Positions 16,031-31,299 of a stretch of 64,000 bases of DNA are shown here, piece by piece. The stretch's first letter is position 1; every line of letters begins with the position of its first letter. The stretch comes from the human T2T-CHM13v2.0 reference genome, Homo sapiens. The translations under genes were made by a program, and so were the position numbers. The DNA is taken from NCBI RefSeq assembly GCF_009914755.1, contig NC_060937.1; one strand, given 5' to 3'. The notes under the pieces were generated by a model, which did not search any database, was not told the DNA's origin, and saw only the letters and a list, made by a program, of their open reading frames with translations.

Positions 16031-18325
16031 CTGTGAATCCTTTTTGCTGTTTTTTTTTTTGTTTTTTTTTTTGTTTTTTTGTCGGTATCTTCTTAGGCTT
16101 GGTAGTAGCTTGGGAGGCTGGGAGATGTCTCCTTCATCTTTTACTTCCAAAGTCTCCAGCTCTGATTGAACAGGCTTGAGTGATTCATAAGCATTGTACT
16201 TTTGGAGTCACCTTGTCATATTATTGCAAATGCATTTCAGTGTACTCATACCAAATTAATTATTTTTGTTGTAAAAAATTTTAAAGAGCTTAAAATTACT
16301 TGGCTATACATAACACATTTACTTGATAATTGGCCAATATTTCTTGACCAATCAGTGTGCATTGTCAGGAAGTGGTATGACCAGGGAAAGCCCCAAAATC
16401 TAATCTGCAAGTTTTTGCAAATGTGGTAAAAATTTTATGCATATCAATTTACTTGAATGATTGACTAAATTGAATAGGTTGTGTAGGCATTTACTTATTA
16501 CTTCAACTATTGTTTTTCTTTTTGTATTTTGGAGTTTATAATTTTTTTTCAGGTCTCAAACTCTTTTGTAGGCCCTTGAAATGTTCATTGCCACTAGGCA
16601 TTGAGCCCAAGATGCTTAATGAGTAGAACAGGCCTGCAGTGTAGGGCTCAACAAATAGCTAACATCCAAGTAGCCAAATAGCTGCCCACCAAGGCACAGA
16701 ATTCATGGGGGGTTACTGCTTTTGAGTAAAGCATTTGGTGTAGGCTTCTCACTGCAGTGCCTCTGAGGCTGAAAGTTTTCAAAGGGAGCAATTAGGAATG
16801 AGAATGAAAACAGATTTCACTGTCAGAGAACAGCATTTTCAGAGCATGGATAGAATGAACAGGAAGGAGATCCAGGGGTTTTTGGTTCCCATCAGAAAGT
16901 AAGTCACCTAACCACATTTGGATGATTAAATGAAAATAGTTAGGCTGTACAGTGAAAGGCCTGTCCCTGCATCATTGTTTATTTTAGCACCATCTGCTAG
17001 GTTCAAGATTAGGAGAAGTGGATGAGAAGTTTACACTGATGCTTTGGTGTGCTTAGGCTGTATTTTAAAAAAGCTTGGTGACACATATTAATTAACTAGT
17101 CATAAGAAGCAAATTGTACAGTTTAAAATACCTTTACTTTTTATTTATGATGTTTCTTTTCTGTTCTTCTTGTTCAGACTATAGATCTGCAATTTCTATT
17201 TCTTTGGCTTGCCTATAATTCCCATACATCTTTCGCTGAAGTAACTCCTGAGTAATGTTGATTATTTGAGCTCCTTCAAAGTAATTTTCTCTTTCATTCT
17301 TGTCTTACTATTATCCTTGTCCTGTCTTCCTTATACTTTCTTTTCTAAGATTCAAATGCTTGAAGCTGAATTTTAGAAAAGAAACAAGTATTTGGAATTG
17401 CTTCTAGAATGTTTTAAACATATTAAAACAAAGGTTTCAATGTAATTTTAGTAGAGTTTGCTTATGTTACTATCATCTTTCAGTAGAATTTTTAATATAT
17501 TAAAATAATGTAAAACCTTTTTAATTTGGAGGATTCTACTAATTCTGATTGCATGAAAATTTTATCCAGGTTGTATTGGAGTTTACCTTTGCATAATACC
17601 TAAAAAAATGAATAAATAAGTAATGCAATGAAAAATGCTAATAGACTCTTTTAAAGATATTAAACTATTTTAGGATTAAACTATTTTAGATTAAACTCTA
17701 TATATTCAATGTAATTTATTTGTATGTTATTAAATGACCTATTAATAAAATTATTCCTGGCAGAGTTCTATAAACTGCAAATTTGTTAACATTTAATTCA
17801 ATTACTGTGTTTAAATGAACAAAACAGAAGGGCATTTTTGAAACATAATTTATAATTCAGATTGATTTTCTATACACAATGTTCTGAATTAGTCATATAT
17901 AAATCAATTTCAAGATGGAGTTTTAAATGTCGAAGTGCATCTTTTATTCAGGTCACTATTCAGAAATTATTCTGAAAAAAATCATTTACTGATCTGTTTC
18001 CTTAAAAACATCAGCCTCTACTTATCCTTCAGTCATCCTCATCAACTCCCTCCCCTTCTCACCGCCCCAAAGCAAATGAAAGTCTCAAAAAGCATGCTTG
18101 AATTCATTGAATGTGTACAAAGAATGTGTTCAAAGCATTCACATTGCTTTTGCTCAGATTTTTCCTCTCCTTCTTTGCATGTTCCTCACTCTCATGTCTT
18201 TGCTAGTTTTGCCTTCTTCCATTTCTCCAGTCTCCCCATGGGTGTAGCATCCCTGGATCCCCTTTAGTTAAGGGGTAAGCATTAAATCAAATTAGGTCAG
18301 TGCTACTCTCTATCTTTAGTATTTA

Positions 18326-18761
18326 TGTTAAAGTGAACTAAATATGGCCTGAAAAAGCCTCTGTACTTCCATATTTGAGTCCTTTTGGACGAACCGTAAC
18401 CTAAGTTAATAGGCAGACAAGACTGAAAACCTAACTTAGGCGTATGCTTCTGTAACAATAGCTGAGTCTCAGCCAATCCCAGCAGCCATACTTCAACCAC
18501 GTGTACACTGCTGACTGTTCAAACTGTGTTCAAAGAAGGCAAATGCCAACCTGTAACCAATCCAGCTGTTTCTGTACCTCACTTCCGTTTTTCTGCACGT
18601 CACTTATTTTGTTTGTCTACAAATTTGCTCTGACCGTGAGGCATCCCTGGAGTCTTGCTCAATCTGCTGTGATTCTGGAGGCTGCCCGATTTGTGAATCA
18701 TTTTTTTCCTTGCTCAATTAAACTCTGTTAAATTTAATTTGTCTAAAATTCTCTTTTAACG
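18326..18761 (+). mobile_element. ERV1 solo LTR (MER57-like)
   Basis: Starts TGTTAAAGTGAACTAAATATGGCCTGA. Two CCAAT boxes and an ATTAAA poly(A) signal near the 3' end. Ends ...CTTTTAAC. Confidence 0.8.
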
Positions 18762-21212
18762 TTTGTATCCAGACACAGTGATGGATAAATAGAAAATCAC
18801 TGGAACTGATTTATCCCACCTGGAAGAAGGCATCTGTTAGTTTTTGCCCTCATTCCTGTTTTTTTTCAAACCTTGGATTCTAAGCTTTACTCGCTAATCT
18901 GTGAGTAATTCTCAAAAAGTGCTAGGCTTTTTGATACACACAAGGTCTTTGAGCAGTAAAAGTTTGGTTTTGTGTGTCAAGATTCTAAGCTTTCCTCACT
19001 AATCTACGAACTACCTATATGCTTCCAATAAGTTGCCTTTTTGCCTAAGCTAGTTGGAGTCAGTTACTATTTCTTCCAGTCAATGACCCCAACTGGTCAA
19101 CTTCTCATCTCCTTCCTTCCTGTTTTACTTCTCTTCCTTTTTCCTTCTCTATCAGCCTTTCCTCCCCCTTTCTTACTATTCTCATGTTTTTCTTCCTCTT
19201 TTTTGGAGGCTTTTAATAATGAAAGAAAAATTAAAAAGTTAAAAAAATGGAAAAATGAAAATATTTTAAGCGTATTTAATCACAACTACTTCTCTTTTCA
19301 AATTAAAATGGAGGGTTTCTTGACTATATATTGTGTACAGTTCCAAGTCTTATCTGAGTACAAATAAATACTATTATTAATAGCAAAAATAATAAGCAAA
19401 GCAACTTAATCCCCCCAAGAAATTATGCAGTGCCTCCAACAATTTTACAGTTTTGGCCCATTAAAACATATTTATGGCTTGTCTAAACTAATTAGATGAT
19501 TTGATCCATGTGGTATTCATTTTCAAAGGATTCGCTGCCAGATTTATGTCTTACTACAGCAATTAACAAAGTTATTTTTGGAAGTAAGCATTTAATATCT
19601 TCTTGTAGCAGGCTGAAAGAATTTAAGTTTTGATGTCCAGACTTAGCCTATAATTAAAGGTAAACTTAAATATTTAACATAGTAGAAGAGGAGTAACAAC
19701 TACAAAGTTTACTTGAAAATGAAGTGAGTCATTTCACTGAGTCATTTATCTTTTATGCTTGCATGCATAATCAACAGAAGTTTGTGTTTTGTACTCAATT
19801 CCTTTCTCAAGACAGCCAACAGCTGTTGCTTCCCTCAAGCTGTAAACTTCATCTTCCTGTTTTACCTCAGCTGTTTTGCCCAAACTGCCTTAGACATAAT
19901 GGCAGTTGAAAATCAGAAGTTTTTGTAAGTCATAGCAGTTATTGTCAGTAATAACTGCTAGATGATATTAGGAATCAAAGCTGGGTCTGCTAACATCAGT
20001 GCAGTTAGTTCAGGTGGTGTTTCCAAACATGAAACATTTAGAAAAAGGAAAATGAGCCTAGCCTGGAAATCATGATTTTCAGGGAGAAATCCAAAGATTT
20101 TCTGTTCTGCGGGCAATGCAGCAGATTAAGATAGCTGGCATGGATCTGAATCGATAAAATTTCCCTTTTATGTTAGCAGACCTAATTTGTGTCATCTTAA
20201 GAGTTAACAATTGCATAGACTTTATTTCAGTTTTTAAAAATTGTTAGCGTAGTATTTATTCTCCTTGTAGTCGTTTCAATGTTTTATATACTTATTGGTC
20301 TGGTCGTGTGCTAAATATTTTTGGCTTAGAGTTAAAAAGTCGTAAAATGTAATTTTTTGAAAATTTAGAAGTGTGATATATAATTTAAATCGAATCTTGC
20401 ACTTAGGACAGGTCTTATACCTCCTTGTAAATAAACCTCTTCCTTTTCTGACAGAAGTATTCATTGCTTTGGGGGTATTACAAATATTGTAGCAGAGATG
20501 ACAAGAAGAAGTGATAGGCTCATAACTTCAGTTTTAAAACAGTGATTTGAACTGAAAACAAAGAAAACAATCTTGAATCCCAAGACACTTGATTTGTAAG
20601 AAGTAGGCTTTTTGATAGACATGAGGTCTCTCAGCAGTAAAAGTTTGTTTTCCAGTGTCAAGAGAAAATCCCTGGAGGAATCAGGAAATAAAATCAATAG
20701 GTTCAGGAATATTTTTGGAAGAGAGAAGATGAGGAGCCAGATAATTCTTCCTAGGATTGCTTATAGGAAGATAAGAACTCGGAAGGAATCCCACATTCAG
20801 CCCTTGCCCTTTTCCTTTCCCCTTGGCCAGATGATAAACGTCAGCTGATGCTAGTAGGCTAACTGACAGTGACAACCTGAATGCAGAGGAAATGTGGAAA
20901 TCATGGTGGTTTATAAAAAAATTATGAAAGTTTTTTTCACATCTCATATTTTTGATGGTGAAATAGTGTACGCTAATGTGTTAATGTATATGTAGAGATA
21001 ACTGTTTACTAGTTTTTCTCATTAATAGGATGTCAGGAAATACTGTGGAAGACTTTGCTTTGAAAGGTACCCAAAATTGCTGGATATCCTGTCTAGTGTA
21101 TCCTTCTAGATTATCTGTTTTCCTTGTCTTTAAGTGCATTTACAACTGAAAGTTATAGAAAAATGATATTAATGTAAGTGACTTTTGTCTGTAGAAATGC
21201 ACATAGCTTTGA

Positions 21213-21518
<306 letters not shown>

Positions 21519-24500
21519 TGATCAGTTTTTATTGTTCTGTCAATATGAACCAATTTTGAATCTATTCATACATTCATTTCAGTTTTTTTGATTGCCTATA
21601 TGTGTGAGCTTTTTGAAATGTTTTTTGAACCGGTTGTAACATCTTACTGGTTCTCTCATTAATTAATGAGTTAAATAAATTTGTTGGCACATGCTAATTT
21701 TATATTAGTCTAAGATTAATGATTTTACCCTTAAAAATTATCTTGTAATGTCTGTTATTTTTTAAGTGAATGGGAAATTTCTGGAGATTTATTAACTGAT
21801 TTTAAAATCTATCTATTATGATGAATATTTTAGACATCTACCCCAAACAGCAGAGGAAATAGTTTGTAGAACAACAAGTGGTAGTTACCTATCGCCACTC
21901 CTCAAATCATATTATATAGGTATTGTGTGTTTAGGGACAAGCTCCTTTCCCTTGGCTTTGTATTTACATATAGAGGTTTTCTGTGGGTAAACTGTCTTCT
22001 CCATTCCCTCACTCAGTCTTCACTAAGGGAGATAAAATAACTTATCTGATTGAGGATATTGGGAGAAAATCGGCAAAATTCAGAAGGAAGGTAGAGCAAT
22101 CTCTTTATCCTGGTGCTCTTTAGAATCAGTTACTTTCATCTTGAAACCTAAAACGGAGGGGTTTACATTTATCTGCACTGTCAGCAAAGTTCACTGCACT
22201 AACAGACCCCAAGCCCTGTCCTCCGAGAGCTTTATGAGTCACAGAGCTGATATTTTTGAGTTCCATTGTTGCATCTATTTATCAAATGGTTTGGAAGTTG
22301 GGCAAGAAAAGGGGAAGTTATTTATTAGTCCCTCAAACCCAAGAAAAGGAACTACTCCATCAATCTTCCATACATGAATACTTAAATTACACTTTGAATA
22401 CTTTAACACTAATTAATGAGATATGTTCCGGAAATGCCTTAGTAGAAATTGAAATGATTTTAGAATAAAGTTACAGGACAGAGCAAACTTGTGGAATAGA
22501 AATATCTGGCTAACTCTTTCAGCATTCAATTTTAGAAGCAAAAAGGATTTTAAATTTATATTACATCAGACATTTCTAAGTTTTTACTAGTCTGTGAATT
22601 ATGTTATGGGTGAATCCAATGTCCTTGTGTACCTTCTGTAAGCAAAGAGACTTTGGCTCACTTTATAAGTTAATAAAATTAGGAAAGTTGCAGGTTTTTT
22701 TAATGTAGTTGTAATAGAAGAAGATTAAAAAAACCCAAGACTGAAGCCATGAAGATGTTCCAACGGTTTTATGACAGTACAACTTGTAAAAAGTAATTAG
22801 ATGATTTTTTTCATGTAGTTTTTTTTTTAAGATTTTATGTGAGACTTGCCTACTTAGTTCAATAAAACGTTTAGTAGGGAGTTGTTATATTTAAAACTAC
22901 TGCATAAATAAGAATATTGGATGTACTTAATATCACTGATTTTGTAACAAAGTAAATTTATTTGAAAATTTGCAGTGTTAATTATTGATTCCATGAATCT
23001 CCGAAAAGACTACCAAAATAACCTATTGACAAAGCAAAGCAGAGTTATTTATTACCTCAGTAAGGGATGATCTGTCTTTGGGAGTCTTTGTAGCTTCTCA
23101 GAAGCTTCTGAGAAGCTTCTCTTTCTACCTTATTTCTCAGAATAAGGTAGAATGTTTCTGAGATTTGAGGGTTCTGATTTAGGATGCATCTTTCAATACA
23201 GGGTAGAGAGCTAATTAGGACTGAGGAAAATTTGTAACAAAATAGTTTCAAATTGGTGGACATAGTGAGGTGGGGTTTGCGAAGTAGTCTTGAAGAGTAG
23301 ATTGATGAGCCTAGTCAAGCAATCCAATGTCCTGAGATGGGTATTTACTCTGACAAGGGATTGTTGAGTAGTCTATTATTGGAGCAAATGAATTTTTGGA
23401 AACTTTCTTTAAAAAGCAATGAAGTTATTTGCACTGTCTTCCTGGGCAAGAGTTTACTCAACTAGTAGTCTTGTTAGTGCAGGCAGTTGAATTGTAAAGT
23501 CATTTTAATGTAAACAATGTGCTATGTAATGGCAGATAATTTAGGTTCTGTATAGCAAGTTTTTTCAATGTAATTTTCAGTAACATTTAATATTTTGGGG
23601 TCATTTGTTGGCTTTTCAAGATATAAATAACCAACATTTATAAGGGAGGGTCAACTTAGAAAATATTGTTCAAATTTCATGGCTGAAATAAATGGAAGTA
23701 ATGAAAAAATTGAACTTATTAAATAAGCCAGAATAATCCTAAAAAGATGAAATAGAGTTTATTTTTAGAAAAACAGAATTATTTTGCTAGTTATTTTACT
23801 TTGAAGTAATTTGTAGTTCAGTCTATGGTTTGTGATGTTTCCAGAAAAGGTAAGTCACTTTTATTGTAACTCCCTCAATAGCTAAAATCTTTATAGGCAG
23901 TAAACTTAATTCATGGTTTTTTTTTTTTTTTTTTTTTTTAGTTTTATTATTAGAAGTTAACATTAACTGGTGACATTATTAGTGCTTCTGTAAATTCAGA
24001 ATTAGCATTTTGGCAACCCATTTGTTTTTGGAAATGCATCAGCTAGTTCCATAATACCCATTGATTAATTTCTCTAAAATTATTACAATAACTTACTATT
24101 TCAGCATCATTTAGGTAGCTTTGGCATAAGAGTAGAAATTAAAAAACATTACATATCTGAGATAAATGAAACGGAATTTGTGATCCTTTGGGAAAGATTT
24201 GCCAATAGAATAACTTTAGCATTATTTTGAGCATTACACTAGGAATTTCACAGTAGTTGTGTCTGGCATGTGTTCACTGTCTCTTGTAGCCAAAAAGACA
24301 AGAATTTCTTTTTACAATTTGACATGAAAGTTCTCGTTCCTTTCCTCTCATTTTATTTAGTGGGCAGCACAAGAACCTAGATCTTCACTGCACTTTCTTT
24401 CTATTTTAAGTGGGAAAAATTGACATTTTTAGAGGTGACCAAATTTAATAATAAAAATATATACTGCATGTTATGCTGCTTGTTTAATATTTTAATATTC

Positions 24501-25899
24501 ACTACTTTCTTTTATGGTTTCCTATTTCTACCTTTCAGATGCTAGGAATTATAATGGCATAAAAATAACCCTAGGGATTATATATATTGTTTCGGGTGTA
24601 TATCAGAAGCTTTCTGGGGACTTGAGCTGAGTCTCAGTGTTGAGAAAGCAGTGGAATAATTCCTAAGCAAAATTCCATGTTACATTCTCTGAAGACACAG
24701 TGCAATGATTATGAAACCTCGGCTGGGTGTTGATAACCTTATGTGTCAGTCACCTCAGGATGGGACTATTTGTTCCCAAAGCAATCAGGTGCAATAAAAT
24801 CTAAAGTACATAGATAGCTCTGGGAATGAACTGCCTGCAGAATTCAGATGCAGCAAATCTAGTAATAATCTTGGCCCTGGAACCTCAGATCAACCTAAAG
24901 TCCAGGGTCGTGGGATATGGGTCAAGAAGGGAGCTCACTATGCAAAGAAATGGATTCAGCCATCACATGGTTTGAATTTGCCAAAGGCATGATCAATCCA
25001 TAAGGGCCATTCTATCACCAAGGCAAATGGGTGCGTTTTTCCGTGTTCTTTCCAGGCTTTTGTTATAAGGCAATGTTTTTCTTTTCAAGGCTAACCTTTG
25101 AATTAACCTTATATCAAGGTAGTATGATTTCACTTGGAGGGGAAAAGAGGGAGAGAGTGATGGAGAATGCACTGGGGGGAAAACATAGGGACATAACATA
25201 TCAGACTCCCAACAGCTATTTTAGATGGCATTCATTTCTAGGAATGGCCTAGTCTTTAAGCTACTTTCAAATCAGATGTTCACCAACAGGATTGTCAATT
25301 TTTCCCCAAGTATCAAGTGTAGCAGTGTCCTGACATGAATTCTTACAATCAATGTCTGTTCATTCAGCTAGTATTTATCGGGCACACATCATGTATCAGG
25401 TGCTAGGGACAAAATGATTCTTAACCCCATGGTGTTATATTCTTGATGGGAAAAATGATACTGAACTCATGTAATAGGGCTGACATGCTTCCACAACTGA
25501 TAATGTGGAATCTGAAAAAAATTAGCAAGAAAGACTGCAGTTTGATGGTTGCCTGCCAGTTTATATCTAGCAGTGGCAATCTCAAGTTCCTTCCCAAGGT
25601 TTTTGTTATGGAGAAAATGTAAATTTTTGGTTATAAAAAAATAATGAGAGTAGATACTTATCATTCTGTGAGAAAGGTAGAAAAATATACTCACTTTTGG
25701 TTTGAAAGGCCATCTCTCATATCTTGGTATATAGTACCAAAGTTACTGGGAATTTGCATACAGGTCTAAGAAGCTTCAGGGAAGGAAAAGAATCAGGAAC
25801 CACAGGCTTTCTCTTCTGAGAATCACAATCCTGGAGCCTCTCAAAGGAATCAAGATAGCTCTAACTTGAATGGCTTGTGTAACAGCAGTGTTGGGAGAA

Positions 25900-27670
25900 C
25901 CACAGTCCTGCTCCCCTGGGATACAACTACAACTGGTCAAAATAATTGCAAAAATAATTAAAGTAACTGGAGATGGTATAAAGAAGATACAAATGTGTCT
26001 TCATACAGAAAATGAAGATACATTTGTTCAAGAAAATTTACTATCTTAGAAGGCACAGTGAGAGTCTGTGGCACTTGAGATATGACCTGTTCCCTTTTCT
26101 TCCTCTCCCCCAGCTCATTGTGTCAGAAGGTCCCCTCTGGGTGAGTGTGGTGAGTGTAGTCAAAAAGACAAGACTTTCTTGATGTCTCTCCTCCCCCAGC
26201 TCCCAGTCAAGGACTTAGTATCTTCTCCAGGAGGGTCAGGCCATCAGCATTTTCATGTGGCTGAGAGGTTGGAGGCTAACATTCCCCAATCCAGCTCATG
26301 GGGTGGAAGTTCTAAACCAGGCATGGCAAGGTGGGGCTCCTTTGTCCTTGGCTCAGCTTATTCATAGGGTAGAGGATCTACACTAGGAGAGAGGAGAGTC
26401 AAGCTGAAAAGACCAGAGACTACAGTCCTTGCTTAATTCCCTAATCACAAAGCATGGGTATCATTTTGGAGCAGCAGGCACTAACCCTACCTTCAGCTCT
26501 GGTGGTTCAGAGATTTTGCCTAGGTAGAGAAGCAGGTTATAGGAACTGAGAGCACTAACAATCTTCCCAATGGAACTGATTTATTTATGACAGAGTATGA
26601 GAAAGTTCAGGCCTACAGGAGTTCTTAAAAACAATGAAGATTTTGGTAGTAAGCAATTAAGAAGAAGCTGATAGCTTTATGAAAGCAACAAGATAAACTA
26701 TAGGTTAGCTACTTTATCAGAAGGAATCAGAGAAAAAGACAAATAAGAAGAGCTTTCCTGAGGTGAGAACAAACCTCAAAGTCTGGCCTCAATACTGACT
26801 TTACAAAACGGCTTGAATTTAATTGGATCAGACTGTGGAGACATGTATGCCCCAGCATGTAGTCTAAACAACAAAGCAACAGTCAGCACTTAGTGGAGCC
26901 TAACAGTTGAGTTTGATACCAACAGAGGCAAACATCTTAACAAAGGAATCAGAGGGAAAGACAGTCAAAAAGAGACTGGCTAAAACTACTGTCATCTCAA
27001 GGTGACTGTGCCAGGCCCAAGGCACTGCCCTCCGAGGATCAGTGTCTGAGGCTTCATGTTGTAGGGAAAATAGACTTCACTAAAATAGTATAGTCACATT
27101 AATAAGCAAATAAATAAGCAAACAACAACAACCATAATAAGCCCTGGGGAGATCAGGACCCAGATTTGCTATACTGTATTACCTGAAATACCCATACATA
27201 GGAAAAAAGTAAGCAACAGCAACTGTCTGTGAGAAGGTTCAGATGTTGAACTTAACAGACAAAAACTTCAAAGCAGTTATTATAAAAATGGTCAAAAACT
27301 AAAGGAAATCATGCTTAAAAATGTAAAGGAAGATATGGTGGCAATGTCTCATCAAATGGAGAATATCAATAAAAGGAAATTTTTTTAAAGAACCAAATGG
27401 AAACTTTGGAGTTGAAAAGTACAATAACTAAAATGAAAACGTCATTAGAGTGGCTTCATGGTAGATTTGAACTGGCGAAAGAAAGAATCATCTACCTTGA
27501 AGACAGATCAATCGAAATTATTTAATCTAAATAACAGATAAAAATAATAAGAAATATGAACAGAGTCTCAGAGAAATGTGAGGCACTGTTAAGCACACCA
27601 ACACACATGTAATAGAAATAATGGACAGAAAAAGCAGAAAAAAGTCAAAAAGAAATAATGGCTGAAATGT
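25900..27670 (+). mobile_element. Ancient L1M 5' UTR/ORF1 remnant
   Basis: A-rich, decayed ORF1-like sequence (gaaccaaatggaaactttggagttgaaaagtacaataactaaaatgaaaa...). Boundaries approximate. Confidence 0.6.
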
Positions 27671-27988
27671 AAGGAGTGAACACATGGACTCCTGAGGGAA
27701 AAGTTACCATGAGGGAGTCACAGACCTGGACTGACATTCTGAACTCAAAACCAAGCCCTGTGTTGTCTTGGGAAGACTAGCCCTAGGTCCAGTGTAATTG
27801 ATGCAGGCAATCCTTCTGACTTAGCTACCAATGGTAGTGACTGACTCACTTCCTAGAAGTGACTGACTCACTTCTAGAGAAATGACATGAAAAAGAGAGG
27901 TGAATGGTTGTGGGGAAGTGGGGAAGAAAGTGGGGAAGGCTGGTGCATTTGTGCCTCCATTAAGGACAGAGAGAATGTGTATAATTTA

Positions 27989-28447
<459 letters not shown>

Positions 28448-28607
28448 TCACTTTGAGATAATTGTAGATTCACGTGCATTTGTGAGAAACAATACAGAGA
28501 GAAGCTATGTATCCTTTTCCCAGTTTACCCCAATGGTAACATCTTGCAAAACTACAATTTTGCAATCAGATATTAACATTGATTTATTCAAGATAAAGAA
28601 CATTTTT

Positions 28608-28908
28608 GGCCAGTCATGGTGGCTCATAACTGTAATCCCAACGCTTTGGGAGCCTGACTGGGGGAAGATCACTTAAGGGCAGGAGTTCGAGACCAACATG
28701 GGCAACATTGTGAAATTCCCTCTCTACAAAAAATTTTTAAAAATTAGGTGAGTGTGGTTGCTCTCACGTGTAGTCCCAGAGACTCAGGAGGCTGAGGAGG
28801 GGTGATTGGTTGACCTCATGAGTTTGAGGCTAAAGTGAGTTATGATTGCACCACTGCACTCCAGTTTAGATGACAGAATGAGACCCCAACTCAAAAAAAG
28901 AAAACAAA
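28608..28908 (+). mobile_element. AluJ (highly diverged)
   Basis: Dimeric Alu. TSD AAGATA(A/C)AGAACATTTTT at 28590-28607 and 28909-28926. Confidence 0.88.
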
Positions 28909-29680
28909 AAGATACAGAACATTTTTGTCACCAGAAAGATTCCTCATGTTGCCCTTTTATAGCCACACCCACTTTTTTCTTGCTCCCATCTCTTTCTTAC
29001 CCCCAGGCAAACACCAATTTATGCTCTATTTCTATAAAAGCAAAGGCAAGTCATTGCATGGTGAAATGGTATAATTTGAAGAGCAATTAATTGTTCATGG
29101 TAGATGTATTGCTGTAGTTAGGAAATTCAAAGAAGTCTTATGTAATTGGATCAATACTAGTATTAGAATGTCAATAATATTGATATTCAGCTATGAGGAA
29201 ATTAGAAATTTTGAGCAAACAACTGATAAAGAAGTCAACAAATGAACCGAATAGCAAAACTGATCAGCCAGTTAAAGCTTAGTCGGCTAGATTAGATATT
29301 CAAGAACCTACTCCAGAAGGTATCAGGAGGGGTAACAAATATGGAAAAAATGAATGAAGATTGTATTACCATTTAGAAAATTTATGAGAACAAGCAGGCT
29401 TTTTCTGCATGTGAATGTCCTTGGACTTAGCCAGTCAGACTTTGAGAGACTGGAATAATGAGCAGTTTCTGTGGGTTTGCAACATATTCCGTGAGAAGGG
29501 AAGTAAGATGGGTAAGTGCCCCTTGGCTTGAAACAAGATGTAGATGCTAAGCAGCTGAGGAAGAAAAGTGCCATAAAAAGATTAGGTTAAAACAAAATAT
29601 AAACTTGACTTGTTTAACATTTTTTCCTATGAACATGCTTATTTCAAGACATTGCTAAGAAGTGGGGAGAGAATATGGAT

Positions 29681-29856
29681 CATTAGTTTTCAGCCTCGGC
29701 TGCATGTAAAATCATCTGAGGAGATTTAAAAATGATCAGTGCCTCAGTCTCACCTTCAGAGACTATGATTTAATTGGTTTGGATATGGTCTAGGCATTAG
29801 GATTTTATCAGCTCACCAAGTGATGCTGATGGACAGCCAAAATTGACACATACTGG
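29681..29856. mobile_element. MER5A-like hAT MITE
   Basis: ggctgcatgtaaaatcatctgaggagatttaaaaat...caagtgatgctgat pattern. A second similar copy lies at ~30012-30172. Confidence 0.6.
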
Positions 29857-31299
29857 TGAGATGTAGATCTGTTCAATAGTATAAGATTGATGGTTTATGC
29901 ATTTGTATATTACGATTCTTTTCTTTCAAAAGAACTTGAGTTCATGTAAATAAATTAGTGTACAAATAAGACAACTAAAATTAAAACAAAACAAATTTAC
30001 AACATCCATAGAAATGGTTCTGAAATCTCCCTCTACATTTGCATCACCTTGGAGATCATTTGAAATATTCCAGTTCCTTGGCCCCACCCTTAGATCTGGG
30101 CTGGACACTATCTCAGACATCAGGTATTTTTAAACAGAAGTTTCTAACTTGCAGCTAGGGTTATAACTGTTGAAGCAAGCTGCGGTATTGAAATAGATGC
30201 TAGCAAGCACCTGAAATAAATGTATTACCTCATTAGGACGTTAAATTGAGTTCAAAATTCCTGGCCACTAATGCAAAAAGAAAAGAAAAAAAAGTTACAT
30301 AGCTTCCAATTGATGAATGAAGAAGCATACCAAGCTCTTCTTTAGAGATTATGTATTTCTGGAATGAAATTTTCAATGAAACTTTTCTAGGTTGACAGTA
30401 ATGTAAGGGCATGAGTAGTGACTCGTGGCTTTAGCCAAAGCCTTGCAAAAGACTCCAGCACACTATTCAAATGAATACTTCTTGTAGAGACCTATTATGA
30501 AGACAGAGGCTATATACTTAAAATGGGTCAGAGAAGACATTTTTAGTCAGCTAAAGAAATGAAGAGACCTGAGAGAAGATCTTTTATTATTAACCAATTT
30601 TAGGTATAACTCAGTTACCCCAGTAGAATTAGTTTCCATGTCCAGCTCATGTAACAAAGTGGCCAAGTATACTCCTGAGACCTGATTTGCACAGGTACTC
30701 CAGTGTTCCATGAAGAGATCATTATAAAGATCTATCTGAACTTTGGCCAAGTTTCTCAATTACTTGAAATTCATCCACTGCCTGGGGAATGCTGTTGAAA
30801 GTGGAGCAAGCAACTTTAAGGGAAAAGGCTACCTCTGAGACAAAAGAAATAAGGACCTGAGTCCTGCTTTAGGACATAAAGAAAAAGGAGCTGAATGGAC
30901 TTCCACAAGTGTGATACATACTGGGAGACATGTGCCTCAGGACATATGGCTCTCGTTGTAACCAATATAGAGTATCTGCTCTATAGGTACCAGAAAGAGA
31001 ATTCATTCATGGAATAACTTCCATCCGCATGTGATAAGGATACCAAATATCTGAGGGTTGAGAAAGAATTTATCAAACAAATTTACTTTGGCATTATTTA
31101 ATTCCTCAAATTCTGTCTTTACATAGTTTTCTTGGTGTAACTCTGGTTACCTAGTTACTGTTGTGTCTCTGTTAATTGGTTCAAGAGCCCTTCTAAATTT
31201 CTGAGTACCTTGTCCCACTGAAATTTATGGTAAGAAACTGTTAGATCCTCTTAATGAAAAATTAGAAAAATTAATCAATGATTTCCTTTTCTGTGGGGG

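Noticed and set aside
24510-24545. Strong plus-strand splice-acceptor-like site (AG at 24537-24538; a similar one at 63630-63631) as an EDNRB-AS1 exon start
   Set aside because: Such pyrimidine-tract/AG motifs are common in AT-rich DNA and cannot be assigned without transcript data.
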